The translations under genes were made by a program, and so were the position numbers. A stretch of DNA of 64,000 bases from Candidatus Krumholzibacteriota bacterium. Its GTDB lineage: Bacteria > Krumholzibacteriota > Krumholzibacteriia > LZORAL124-64-63. The stretch spans positions 64,001-128,000 of the forward strand of contig JBDLKA010000001.1 of assembly GCA_039714075.1 (NCBI GenBank), written 5' to 3'. Positions 28,816-37,957 of this stretch are shown piece after piece (position 1 is the first letter of the stretch; each line of letters opens with the position of its first letter). Below the pieces are notes generated by a model, which was given only the letters and a program-made list of their open reading frames with translations, did no database searches and was not told the DNA's origin.

Positions 28816-28870
28816 TTGACCGCTTTGGGGGCCAAGGTATTGTTCAACTGGTTGCCAGGCCCGCCGATAC
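28816..28870 (+). promoter_or_regulatory. Tandem sigma-70-like and sigma-28 (FliA/WhiG)-like promoters for the GAF gene
   Basis: TTGACC-16bp-TATTGT (28816-28843) and TCAA-15bp-GCCGATAC (28844-28870). Confidence 0.5.
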
Positions 28871-28939
28871 CATATGCAGTATATTGGATTCCGGGAGGCC
28901 TTTCGGCCTGGCGGTCGGGTCGAAATCCGTGGGAGTGTC

Positions 28940-31255
28940 GTGGCGGAAATCATCAAATGGCCAGTTGTTCTCGTGTGTCCGGGGGAAGATGAGCTTCCCC
29001 TCCTGGCGGAGCTCTCCACCCGCAGGGACGCCCGGATCCTCGCCGTGATCGATCCCGAGGGCTTTTCGGTGGGCGCCAGCCTGGCCGAGGTCATGGGCGT
29101 GCGGGTCATCAAGGACCTCGGGGAGCTGGCTCCCGGGTCCGCCACCTATCTGGTGCACCCGCCCTTGAGCGACAACATCGCCCTCATCGTCGATCAGGCG
29201 CCCGATTTCGGGTTGGAGGCGGTCAGCGCCTTCGATTTCCCCCAACTCATGGCCGGTCCCACCCTGACCGATCCCCGCTTTGCCACCGATCCCGAAAGCA
29301 GTGCCGGATTCACTCCCGGCGTCTTCACCGGAAACAGTTCACCCGAGAGAACGGATTTCGATCTTCTTGAACTGGAAACCGCGGCCATCCACCGCACCCT
29401 GAGCCGTATCGAAGAGGCTCTGGACCGCGAGGGCCTTCTTCGCTGGCTCCTGGCCTTGGCCACACGTGCGACATGCGCCGGCAGCGGATCGATCATGCTC
29501 TTCGACAGCAATTCCGATGAACTGTACGTGGCCTTCGCCTATGGTCTGAGCCAGCACACCATCCACCGGACCCGGGTCCGCATGGGGGAGGGCATCGCCG
29601 GGCAGGTGGCCGAATCGCGCAAGGCTGTCTTCATCACGGACAACAAGCATCCCGGGGCCCGGCGCGACCGCCCCGCGATTTCCGAGGCGATCTGCGCACC
29701 CATCGTCTGGGAAGGCAAGCTGCTGGGCGTCCTGAACATTTCGGCCAACGAAGGTGAAGGCCATCTGGTGGGCAACGCCCTGGCCACCATCGAAGGCCTG
29801 ACCCATCGCTTCGCCATGATCCTGAATCGTTTCCTGAGGTTGCAAACCGTCCGCGACGGCGAACTGTACCGCTATATGGAAGACGAATTCACCAAGGATA
29901 CCGGGTCTCCCGAAGCGGTGGCGGCCACCCTGTGCACCTGGGCGGAGGACCTGTGCAACGCCGCCGGGGCCGATACCGCCTCCATCGGTGTCCTGACCAA
30001 CGATGGCGACCTGTTCGTGGCGAACCCCGAAGAAACAACCTATGAATCCCCGCCGCAGCCCGAGAAAGCGGATGTTCTGGGGTCCGGGAATCCCCTGGTG
30101 CTCCGGCCGGGTGATCGTTCCCACATCGACCCCACCGACGTTTTGAGCGAAGCCACCATCTTCATCCTGCCGGTGGGCCGCGAACCCCTGAAGGCCCTGC
30201 TCACCGTGGAATTTTCCTCGGCGTCCAAGGCCCATCATTTCCATACCATAAGCGGAGAGCTCCTTTATCTGGTCAACCGCCATTTGAACGATTACCTGGA
30301 AAGAGCCGCCACCGCCGACCAGGTGGACCGCCTGACCACCCTGGCCACGGCCCTGTCCGAACTCGCGGCGGGGCCCGGCAAGCCCGGCAGCCGTGACCGG
30401 GTTCTGGCCGCCGCCTGCCGTCTTACCGGCGCGACCAAGGCCCTGCTTCTGACCGCCGAGGATGCGGCCGCCCAGGAGCCCGACAAAAAACAGGACGGCA
30501 CTCTTCAGGAAGAAGCCATCCGCCTGTTGACCGACACCGGGCAAGGTGGTTGGCAGTCGACGGTTCTCGAGACCCGTGATGAATCCGGCGAACCGGGACC
30601 TGGCCGTTCGCTGCTGGTCGTGCCCCTGGAAGGGGAAAAACCCTTCCCGGGCCTGGTATTGCTGGACAAGCGCCGGCTGCATCCCCTGGACGGAGCCAGT
30701 TTCACGGAATTCGACGCCCTGTTCGCCCGGCGCCTGCTGCCCTTGCTGTCCTTTACTTCAGGTTTGGGAGAAGCTCAGGCCGACGGGGACCTCGCAGGTC
30801 CCCCCTCCGGAACCCCTGACGGGCGGGCGGGAGACAAGGGGTCATATTCCGGCACGCAAGACGCACTGGCGGAAATCCTGCGCACGGAAATGGACCGTTG
30901 CGACCGTTACCACACCATGTTGGGCCTGGCGGCCTTCCGCATCGCCGAGCGTCACGCCGGCGCCCGGGAGGACAAGGATCCCCCCAAGGTTCCCGTGGCC
31001 GGCCTGGTGGCGGAAATCTCCCGCCGCCTGCGCAGCAGCGACCACACGGCCTCTCTCGAGGACGGGACCATCATGGTCATCGTGCCCGAGGACATCCAGT
31101 CGCTGCCCCGTCTCCAGCGCCGTGTGACCGAGGTCCTGCGCTCCCTCTCGGGGACCGACGATCTCGAGGTCCTGAGCGCCTCCCGGGTCTATCCCGGAGG
31201 AGGCGACAGCCCCGCCCAGCTCATCAATTCCGTGCTCGGAGCCCTGCCCGGTTGA
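28940..31255 (+). CDS. Multi-GAF signalling protein with N-terminal Rossmann-like and C-terminal degenerate GGDEF domain
   Basis: GAF motifs GSIML...GEGIAGQVA...CAPI...LLGVLNI; EMDRCDRY and RSSD-x5-EDGTI; frame open to 28874. Confidence 0.7.
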   Translation: MAEIIKWPVVLVCPGEDELPLLAELSTRRDARILAVIDPEGFSVGASLAEVMGVRVIKDLGELAPGSATYLVHPPLSDNIALIVDQAPDFGLEAVSAFDFPQLMAGPTLTDPRFATDPESSAGFTPGVFTGNSSPERTDFDLLELETAAIHRTLSRIEEALDREGLLRWLLALATRATCAGSGSIMLFDSNSDELYVAFAYGLSQHTIHRTRVRMGEGIAGQVAESRKAVFITDNKHPGARRDRPAISEAICAPIVWEGKLLGVLNISANEGEGHLVGNALATIEGLTHRFAMILNRFLRLQTVRDGELYRYMEDEFTKDTGSPEAVAATLCTWAEDLCNAAGADTASIGVLTNDGDLFVANPEETTYESPPQPEKADVLGSGNPLVLRPGDRSHIDPTDVLSEATIFILPVGREPLKALLTVEFSSASKAHHFHTISGELLYLVNRHLNDYLERAATADQVDRLTTLATALSELAAGPGKPGSRDRVLAAACRLTGATKALLLTAEDAAAQEPDKKQDGTLQEEAIRLLTDTGQGGWQSTVLETRDESGEPGPGRSLLVVPLEGEKPFPGLVLLDKRRLHPLDGASFTEFDALFARRLLPLLSFTSGLGEAQADGDLAGPPSGTPDGRAGDKGSYSGTQDALAEILRTEMDRCDRYHTMLGLAAFRIAERHAGAREDKDPPKVPVAGLVAEISRRLRSSDHTASLEDGTIMVIVPEDIQSLPRLQRRVTEVLRSLSGTDDLEVLSASRVYPGGGDSPAQLINSVLGALPG

Positions 31256-31345
31256 CGCGCGCCGCGCTCCTGTATAACCTTGACAGCCCATTGACTGGTA
31301 TAGGTTCCGCAGCCGCGGCCCAGAAGGATCGGTATGAAAGGCAGC

Positions 31346-33184
31346 ATGGCCAGCAAGCCCGCCAAGATCAAGGTTCTCGACAGCAGCACCATCGACCGCA
31401 TCGCGGCCGGTGAGGTCATCGAGCGACCCAGCTCCATCGTCAAGGAGCTGGTGGAAAACGCCCTGGACGCCGGCGCTTCCCAGGTGACCATCTCCATGGA
31501 AGACGGGGGTCTGACCAGACTGTCCATCGAGGACGACGGCCACGGCATTCCGTTCCGGGATCTGCCGTTGGCCTTCGAGCGTCATGCCACCAGCAAAATC
31601 GCCACGGCCGCGGACATCATGCAGGTGGCCAGTTTCGGTTTCCGCGGCGAGGCCCTGGCCAGCATCGCTTCGGTCAGCCGGGTCAAGTGCGTGAGCCGCG
31701 CCCAGGGGGAAGAGCTGGGCGGGCTGATCGAGATTGAAGGCGGCGAAATCATCCGCCGGGAGCCGGCGCCCCGCAACACCGGGACCACCATCACCATCAG
31801 CGACCTTTTCTACAATATTCCGGCCCGGCGCAAGTTCATGAAATCGGCCCAGGCCGAAAAGCGGGCCATCATGAAGCTGATGACCCAGCTCGCACTGGCC
31901 AACCAGGACGTGCGCTGGATCGTTAAATCCGGCGCCGATATCGCCATGGATCTGCGTCCGGCCGATTCGTTGACCGACCGCGCCCGCGACCTGCTGGGCT
32001 CCTCGGTCATGGAGCACCTGGCCCGGTTCGAATTGGAAAAGGGCGGCTTCAGCATCGGCGGCCTCGCCTCGCGTCCCACCTGGACCCGGGGCAACCGGGA
32101 GCAGCAGTTCATCTTCATCAACCGCCGTCCGGTGGAAAGCCGCGCCCTGTCCCAGGCCATCGTCCAAGCGTACCGCGAAGTGGTGCCGGCCGGACGCCAT
32201 CCCGTGGTGATCGCCTTTCTGCAGGTGCCCAACGGCGAGGTCGACGTGAACGTTCACCCGGCCAAGACCCAGGTGCGGCTGCTGCTGGAACGGGAAATCT
32301 TCGGCATGCTCAAGAACGCCCTCGGCGAAGGCCTGAGCCTGCGCAAGGCTGACGACCTGCGGCCATGGAGCGGGGACGATGATTCCAAAACCGGCGGTGA
32401 AGCGACCGAACGCATCGCCGGCGCCGAGGATGACTACCTGCGCCGCTATTTCCAGCGCGGAGGGTCGGCCGGATTCGAGTTCAAGGGCGTGCCCGCGGGC
32501 CAGGGGGAACTTTTTGGCGCCTCCGCCATGCGGACCCCCGCAGGTGGCGGCGAAGGCGAAGAGGTTTTCAGTTCCTCACTGCCCGGCAATGAAAACGCGC
32601 CCCTGCATTCGGCGCCCTTCTGGCAGTTGCACCGGACCTACATCGTCACGCAGATTCGCGGCGGCCTGGTCCTGATCGACCAGCACAACAGTCACGAACG
32701 CATCCTTTACAATGAAGCCAAGCAGGCGCTGGAAGAACGCGGTGAAGGCGGGGGCGTGCCCACGCAGCAGCTTTTGTTCCCTGCCCACCTGGAATTGACA
32801 CCGGGCCAGGTCCAGGCCTGGCAGACCCATGCCGGCCAGTTGCAGTCCATGGGCTTTACCATCGAGCCGTTCGGCGGGCAGAGCGTTCTGGTGCAGGGGA
32901 TCCCCGCCAGCCTGAAGAACTGGAACGAGGGGCGACTGCTGCTGGACATGCTCGACGATCTGGCCTGGGACGAAAAACCCAGCCAGGAAAACCAGGTGGA
33001 CCTGCTGGCCAGCTATGCCTGCCACGCGGCCGTCCGGGCGGGCGAGCCCCTGACCGTCCCCGAGATGCAGAATCTGGTGGACCAGCTGTTCGCCACCGAC
33101 ACGCCTCTTTCATGTCCCCACGGGCGGCCAACCCTGATCCAGTTCACGCTCGAGGAACTGGAGAAGAAGTTCGGGCGGAGCTGA
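31346..33184 (+). CDS. mutL: DNA mismatch repair endonuclease MutL
   Basis: IAAGEVIERP, GFRGEALASI, DVNVHPAK, DQHNSHER, ACHAAV, CPHGRP. Confidence 0.96.
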   Translation: MASKPAKIKVLDSSTIDRIAAGEVIERPSSIVKELVENALDAGASQVTISMEDGGLTRLSIEDDGHGIPFRDLPLAFERHATSKIATAADIMQVASFGFRGEALASIASVSRVKCVSRAQGEELGGLIEIEGGEIIRREPAPRNTGTTITISDLFYNIPARRKFMKSAQAEKRAIMKLMTQLALANQDVRWIVKSGADIAMDLRPADSLTDRARDLLGSSVMEHLARFELEKGGFSIGGLASRPTWTRGNREQQFIFINRRPVESRALSQAIVQAYREVVPAGRHPVVIAFLQVPNGEVDVNVHPAKTQVRLLLEREIFGMLKNALGEGLSLRKADDLRPWSGDDDSKTGGEATERIAGAEDDYLRRYFQRGGSAGFEFKGVPAGQGELFGASAMRTPAGGGEGEEVFSSSLPGNENAPLHSAPFWQLHRTYIVTQIRGGLVLIDQHNSHERILYNEAKQALEERGEGGGVPTQQLLFPAHLELTPGQVQAWQTHAGQLQSMGFTIEPFGGQSVLVQGIPASLKNWNEGRLLLDMLDDLAWDEKPSQENQVDLLASYACHAAVRAGEPLTVPEMQNLVDQLFATDTPLSCPHGRPTLIQFTLEELEKKFGRS

Positions 33185-33185
33185 G

Positions 33186-34112
33186 ATGGGCGCGCTCCGG
33201 CGGTGCCCGGTGATCGTAGGCCCGACCGCCGTCGGCAAGACAGGGCTGGTCACTTCCCTGGCCCGGCAATTTCCCCTCGAAGTCATCAGCCTGGACAGCC
33301 GGCAGATCTACCGCGGCCTGCGCATCGGCACCGCCCAGCCCACCGCTGAAGAACTGGCTGTATGTCCCCATCACCTGATCGATTTCATTTCGCCCGCCGA
33401 GAAGTACGACGCCATCCGTTTTCGGAAGGATTTCAAAAAAGTCTACGCGCAAATTGTCGAGCGTGGGGGAGTCCCGATCCTGGCGGGCGGCGCCGGCATG
33501 TACCTGACCGCCCTGCGTGACGGATTCATGGAGATTCCCGGCAGCACCCCGGAGCGTCTGGCCGAAGTGCGGGCCGATCTCGACAAATTGACCGATGGGG
33601 AAATCCGGTCCCGGCTGGAGAAAGTCGATCCCCAATCCTTCGGCCGGATTCACGCCAACGATCGCTACCGCAGCCAGCGGGCCCTGGAAGTTCATGAAAT
33701 ATCCGGCAGCACCATGAGCCAGCTTAAAGCCGCACAGAAACCCGACCCGGCCCTGGGCCTCGAGTTTCCCACTTTTGTCCTGGAGCGTCCCGTGGATGAG
33801 TTGGACCAGCGCATCGCCCGGCGCACGGAACTGATGCTGAAAGCAGGCTGGATCGAAGAAACCGAAGCCGCCCTCGCCGAATTCCCCGCAAATTGCCCTG
33901 GACTGATGAGCATCGGGTACCGGGAAATCGTTCAGGTCCTGGAGGGGAAGCTGGAGGAATCCCAGTTGACCGGCGCCATTATCCTGGTCACGCGCCAGTA
34001 CGCAAAGAGGCAGAGGACCTGGTTCCGTCAAGTGCCGAAAATCGACAGCGGCCTGCCGGAAAGTCCGGAAATCCTGGCTGGCATCGTGGAAAATCTCATC
34101 CTGGAAAAATAA
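33186..34112 (+). CDS. miaA: tRNA dimethylallyltransferase
   Basis: GPTAVGKT, DSRQIY, IGTA.P, HHLID, IGY, TRQYAKRQ.TWFR. Confidence 0.95.
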   Translation: MGALRRCPVIVGPTAVGKTGLVTSLARQFPLEVISLDSRQIYRGLRIGTAQPTAEELAVCPHHLIDFISPAEKYDAIRFRKDFKKVYAQIVERGGVPILAGGAGMYLTALRDGFMEIPGSTPERLAEVRADLDKLTDGEIRSRLEKVDPQSFGRIHANDRYRSQRALEVHEISGSTMSQLKAAQKPDPALGLEFPTFVLERPVDELDQRIARRTELMLKAGWIEETEAALAEFPANCPGLMSIGYREIVQVLEGKLEESQLTGAIILVTRQYAKRQRTWFRQVPKIDSGLPESPEILAGIVENLILEK

Positions 34113-34113
34113 C

Positions 34114-34189
34114 TGGAGCGGGCTACGGGGCTCGAACCCGCGACAACCAGCTTGGGAAGCTGGGACTCTACCAGCTGAGTTAAGCCCGC
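34114..34189 (-). tRNA. tRNA-Gly (CCC)
   Basis: Cloverleaf GCGGGCT...CCAGC-TTCCCAA-GCTGG...GGTTCGAGCCC...AGCCCGCTCCA. Confidence 0.95.
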
Positions 34190-34211
34190 TCCATGAATCC
34201 GTGGTTGTGGA

Positions 34212-34240
34212 AAACTAAATCTCACCTTCCGTTATGTCAA
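34212..34240 (-). promoter_or_regulatory. Sigma-70 promoter for tRNA-Gly
   Basis: TTGACA-17bp-TAGTTT on the minus strand. Confidence 0.7.
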
Positions 34241-34279
34241 CCGCCGGCGACCCGGCACTCCTGCATATCTATTGTTTGA

Positions 34280-34308
34280 TTGAAAAGCTTCCCTGTTTTT
34301 GATAATAT
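34280..34308 (+). promoter_or_regulatory. Sigma-70 promoter for the secreted protein gene
   Basis: TTGAAA-17bp-TAATAT with extended TG. Confidence 0.6.
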
Positions 34309-34352
34309 CCAATCAGCCGCCCGTTTCCTAAAATTTAAATGGGAGAAAAAAA

Positions 34353-34970
34353 ATGAAAAAATTGATACTTCTTTTGCTCGCCTGCCTGGTGGCAAACTCG
34401 GCTTTTGCCGCCATGGGTCCCTTTGATTCCTACATGGGACTCTACTTCGACACAAATGCCTCCCAAAGATGCTATTTTGGGCCCGCCAGTGTCCCGTTCG
34501 ACGTTTACCTTATCCTCACCAACACCACCGCACCTTCCATCAATGCCTACGAATTGGGACTTGATGTAGAGGTGCCCGCCGGCATGGAAGGCATGGTCTT
34601 CAGGCTGGCATCCACCATCGCCAATGGCGTGGTCAGTGGGGTGGATGTCGGAACCAATGGTCCTTTGGGCGGTGATTTCATCGTCGGCCTGGCTGCGCCG
34701 ATTCCCTCGCAGCCCGCCATGGTTCTGCATTACTTCCAATACATGCTGTTGTCCCCGATGATTGTGCATTTCTACATCGGCGCTTCGTCGGCCCCCTCGA
34801 TCCCGGGTGATTTGCCCGTGGTTCAAAACGCCGAAGGTTCCATCCTGATGCAGGTCCTTGTGTCGTCCGGCAGTCCGGACTACCCCGTGGCCTCCGTCAA
34901 TGAACCTGGTTGTGGTACCTCGGCTACCGAGGAGGTTAGCTTCGGCAGCGTGAAAAGCTTGTACCGTTAA
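34353..34970 (+). CDS. Secreted hypothetical protein, paralogue 1, ending SFGSVKSLYR
   Basis: Signal peptide MKKLILLLLACLVANSAFA; full-length similarity to 48967..49578. Confidence 0.85.
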   Translation: MKKLILLLLACLVANSAFAAMGPFDSYMGLYFDTNASQRCYFGPASVPFDVYLILTNTTAPSINAYELGLDVEVPAGMEGMVFRLASTIANGVVSGVDVGTNGPLGGDFIVGLAAPIPSQPAMVLHYFQYMLLSPMIVHFYIGASSAPSIPGDLPVVQNAEGSILMQVLVSSGSPDYPVASVNEPGCGTSATEEVSFGSVKSLYR

Positions 34971-34988
34971 ATGCTCTGAATCAGCAAA

Positions 34989-35022
34989 GACCGGGCCCTG
35001 GCCATCAGGTCAGGGCCCGGTC
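34989..35022. terminator. Strong hairpin after paralogue 1
   Basis: gaccgggccctg / cagggcccggtc 12-bp inverted repeat; no good U tract on +. Confidence 0.55.
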
Positions 35023-35061
35023 ACATCCCCCCGGCAGGGCTGGTCATCTTCCGTATTTTAC

Positions 35062-35081
35062 CTGAACCATTCTGAACCATT
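35062..35081 (+). repeat. Perfect 10-bp tandem repeat CTGAACCATT x2
   Basis: Directly visible; abuts a -35-like TTGCGC. Confidence 0.85.
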
Positions 35082-35115
35082 GCGCCCAACCCCCTGCGGT
35101 GTTTAATTTTGTCCC

Positions 35116-36516
35116 ATGATCATGCTCATCAGACCATTCCCCGCGCCCCTGGACACCCTTTTCGAGTGGCAGCCCGGCGACCACATCACGCACCTGGACG
35201 GCCGGCCCGTCGAGGACATCCTCGACCTGTACTACTACACGCCCGAAGCCGCGGTCACCTCGCTGAACATCCAGCGCAAAACCGGTGAGGCGATGCGGGT
35301 GGAGATGGACCCCGGCGACATCGATGCGGTCACCGGCTGCTTCGCGCCCCTGGAGTTCAAGACCTGCGCCTGCGACTGCGTGTTCTGCTTTGTTGACCAG
35401 AATCCCGCCGGGATGCGCGACCAGATCTACGTCAAGGACGAGGACTACCGTTTCAGCTTTCTGTACGGCAACTACATCACCCTGACCAGTCTGGGGAAGA
35501 GGGGGCTCAAGCGGATCATCGAGCAGAGGATGAGCCCGTTGTATGTCTCGGTCCACGCCACTGACATCGACGTGCGCACGCGTATGCTGGGGATCAAACG
35601 CAAAATCGATGTCATGGCCATCCTGGAGGAACTGGTGTCGGCAGGCATCGAGATCCACACCCAAGTGGTTCTCTGCCCGGGTTGGAACGAGGGGCCGATC
35701 CTGGAAAAGACCTTCCGTGACCTGCTGACGCTCGGCGCGCCCGCCGAAGACGAGGAAAGCCCTTTCAGTCCTGTTTGCGACCGGGGTTTCGGGTATGAAG
35801 GCGCGGAAATCCAGGAGGCCCAGGAACTCGCCCAAGGCGGCGTAAAATCCCTGGCCATCGTCCCGGTCGGTCTCAGCGCCCACCGGGAGGGTCTGACCAG
35901 GCTCGATCCCGTCAGCCCCGAGTTGGCGTTTCAGGCCATCGCCCAGGTCGAAACCTGGCAGAAAGAGGCCCAGCGGAAACTGGGCTATTCCTTCGTCTAC
36001 CTCAGTGATGAATTCTACCTGTTGGCCGGACAGCCTTTTCCACACGCGGAACAATATGACGGATTCTGGCAGATCGACAACGCCATCGGACTTTCGGTCC
36101 GCCTGCGGGACACATGGCGCGAAGAGCTGGAATGGCGGGCCGAGGACGGGGAATTGCCGCTCCGGCCACTGACGATCCTGACGGGTGAATTGGCGGCCAA
36201 GGCCTGGCGCCGCGAATTCACCCCGGTACTGCATGAAGCCAAGGTTCCCCAGGTGGAAGTCGTGGGGGTGGAGAATCGTTTCTACGGCAATTCCGTCACG
36301 GTGGCCGGCTTGCTGGGCGGCCAGGACCTCAGACGCGCCCTGCTGGAACTGCCCGCGGAACCCAAACGGACCGTGGTCCTGTCCCAGCGGGTCATCAACA
36401 GTGACGGATTGACCCTCGACGGCATGCAGCTGGAGGACATCGCCCGGGACCAGCCCCACCAGGTCGTCGTCGGCGAGGAAGACGGCTTCATTGATTTCTG
36501 GAGTGAACTGGGCTAA
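35116..36516 (+). CDS. DUF512 family Fe-S/radical-SAM-like protein with N-terminal PDZ-like region
   Basis: CxCxCxFCFVDQNP, YVKDEDYRFSFLYGNYITLT, SPLYVSVH, VPVG, SDEFY, VTVAGLL. Confidence 0.85.
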   Translation: MIMLIRPFPAPLDTLFEWQPGDHITHLDGRPVEDILDLYYYTPEAAVTSLNIQRKTGEAMRVEMDPGDIDAVTGCFAPLEFKTCACDCVFCFVDQNPAGMRDQIYVKDEDYRFSFLYGNYITLTSLGKRGLKRIIEQRMSPLYVSVHATDIDVRTRMLGIKRKIDVMAILEELVSAGIEIHTQVVLCPGWNEGPILEKTFRDLLTLGAPAEDEESPFSPVCDRGFGYEGAEIQEAQELAQGGVKSLAIVPVGLSAHREGLTRLDPVSPELAFQAIAQVETWQKEAQRKLGYSFVYLSDEFYLLAGQPFPHAEQYDGFWQIDNAIGLSVRLRDTWREELEWRAEDGELPLRPLTILTGELAAKAWRREFTPVLHEAKVPQVEVVGVENRFYGNSVTVAGLLGGQDLRRALLELPAEPKRTVVLSQRVINSDGLTLDGMQLEDIARDQPHQVVVGEEDGFIDFWSELG

Positions 36517-36590
36517 TTTCACTGCTGCCGGGCCCGCCGCCGTTGTTCATTGACCCGCCCGGTTCACCTTTTCTCAAGCAGGAGAATGTC

Positions 36591-37904
36591 TTGTCTTTGC
36601 GTACCGTCGCCATCGTCGGACGCCCCAACGTGGGCAAATCGACCCTTTTCAACCGGATCATCGGGGAAAAGCGTTCGGTGGTGCATGAAACCGCCGGCGT
36701 GACCCGGGACCGGATCACCGAGACCACCGACTGGGCCGGGCATGCCTTCATCCTGCTGGACACCGGCGGCATCATTCCCTTCGGGGAAACCGTTTCCGAA
36801 TTCGACAGCGTGGTGACCGAGATCGCGAAGATGGCCATCGACGACGCCGATCTGGTGTTGTTCCTGGTCGACGGCAAGGTCGGGCCCATGGCCTGGGACC
36901 AGTCCATCGCCAAGGACCTGCGCAAGAAGAACAAGCCCGTCGTGCTGTGCGTGAACAAGCTGGAAAAGGAAGCCGACCAGCTGGCTCTGCACGAGTTCTT
37001 CAGCCTGGGGCTGGGGGAGCCGGTGGGGATCAGCGCCCTGCACGGTTACGGCGTGGGCGACCTGCTCGATGTCGTGGTCGAGGGATTCCCCACCCAAACC
37101 GTCGACACCCCCTGTGATTGCCGGGTCGCCATCGTCGGCCGGCCCAACGTGGGCAAGTCGTCCCTGTTGAATATCCTGACCGGCAGGCAGGACGCCCTGG
37201 TCAGCGAAATTTCCGGCACCACCCGCGACTCCGTACACACCGACCTCAAGTGGCACGGCAACACCATTCGCCTGATCGACACGGCCGGCCTGCGACGCAA
37301 GTCCAAGGTCAAGGAAGCGGTCGAGGTGTTCAGCAACATGCGCACGATCCGCGCCCTGGAACAATGCGACGTGGCGGTTTTCATGGTGGACGCGTCGGCC
37401 GGATCCGTGTCCCAGGACGCCAAGATCGCCGGCATGATCCACGATTCCGGCAAGGGCGTCATCGTGGTTTTCAACAAGTGGGATCTCATCGACAAGAAGG
37501 TCACCAACACCCACCTGGAGTACTGGGAAGAGTTCTGCCGCGACGTGCCCTTTTTGCCCTATGCGCCCTGGTTCATGATCAGCGCCGAGACCCGGCAGCG
37601 CACCGGCAAGATCATGGAAAAAGTGTGGGAAGTCCACGAGGAGCGGCAGAAGCGTATACCTACCAGCCAGTTGAACGACTATCTTGAGAAAGTGGTCCGG
37701 ATTCAGCAACCCCGGACGCACGCCGGGGGACTGGGCAAGATCTATTACGTGACCCAGACGGATCGTCAGCCGCCCACATTCGTACTCTCGGTCAACGAGC
37801 CCAAATTCTTTGCGCGCAATTATTTGCGTTATATTAATAATCAACTGCGTAAAGAATACGGCTTTACCGGAAGCCGGATTTTTGTCAAAATGAAAAAACA
37901 TTGA
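36591..37904 (+). CDS. der: Ribosome biogenesis GTPase Der (EngA)
   Basis: Two GRPNVGKS P-loops, DTGG and DTAG, NKLE/NKWD, C-terminal KH-like (PPTF, YLRY). Confidence 0.96.
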   Translation: MSLRTVAIVGRPNVGKSTLFNRIIGEKRSVVHETAGVTRDRITETTDWAGHAFILLDTGGIIPFGETVSEFDSVVTEIAKMAIDDADLVLFLVDGKVGPMAWDQSIAKDLRKKNKPVVLCVNKLEKEADQLALHEFFSLGLGEPVGISALHGYGVGDLLDVVVEGFPTQTVDTPCDCRVAIVGRPNVGKSSLLNILTGRQDALVSEISGTTRDSVHTDLKWHGNTIRLIDTAGLRRKSKVKEAVEVFSNMRTIRALEQCDVAVFMVDASAGSVSQDAKIAGMIHDSGKGVIVVFNKWDLIDKKVTNTHLEYWEEFCRDVPFLPYAPWFMISAETRQRTGKIMEKVWEVHEERQKRIPTSQLNDYLEKVVRIQQPRTHAGGLGKIYYVTQTDRQPPTFVLSVNEPKFFARNYLRYINNQLRKEYGFTGSRIFVKMKKH

Positions 37905-37957
37905 TCCGGCCGGCAGCCGACGCCTGATCCTATTCCTCTCAATGAAAATTGGGCCCG

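Noticed and set aside
18372..28847. Very long antisense ORFs (18372..21788, 25842..28847; also 8472..10595)
   Set aside because: Shadow frames of high-GC genes (rpsA/mtaB, mutS, uvrC) with no recognisable motifs
34229..34243. TTATGTCAACC resembling a XerD arm
   Set aside because: Explained as the TTGACA -35 box of the tRNA-Gly promoter; no XerC arm
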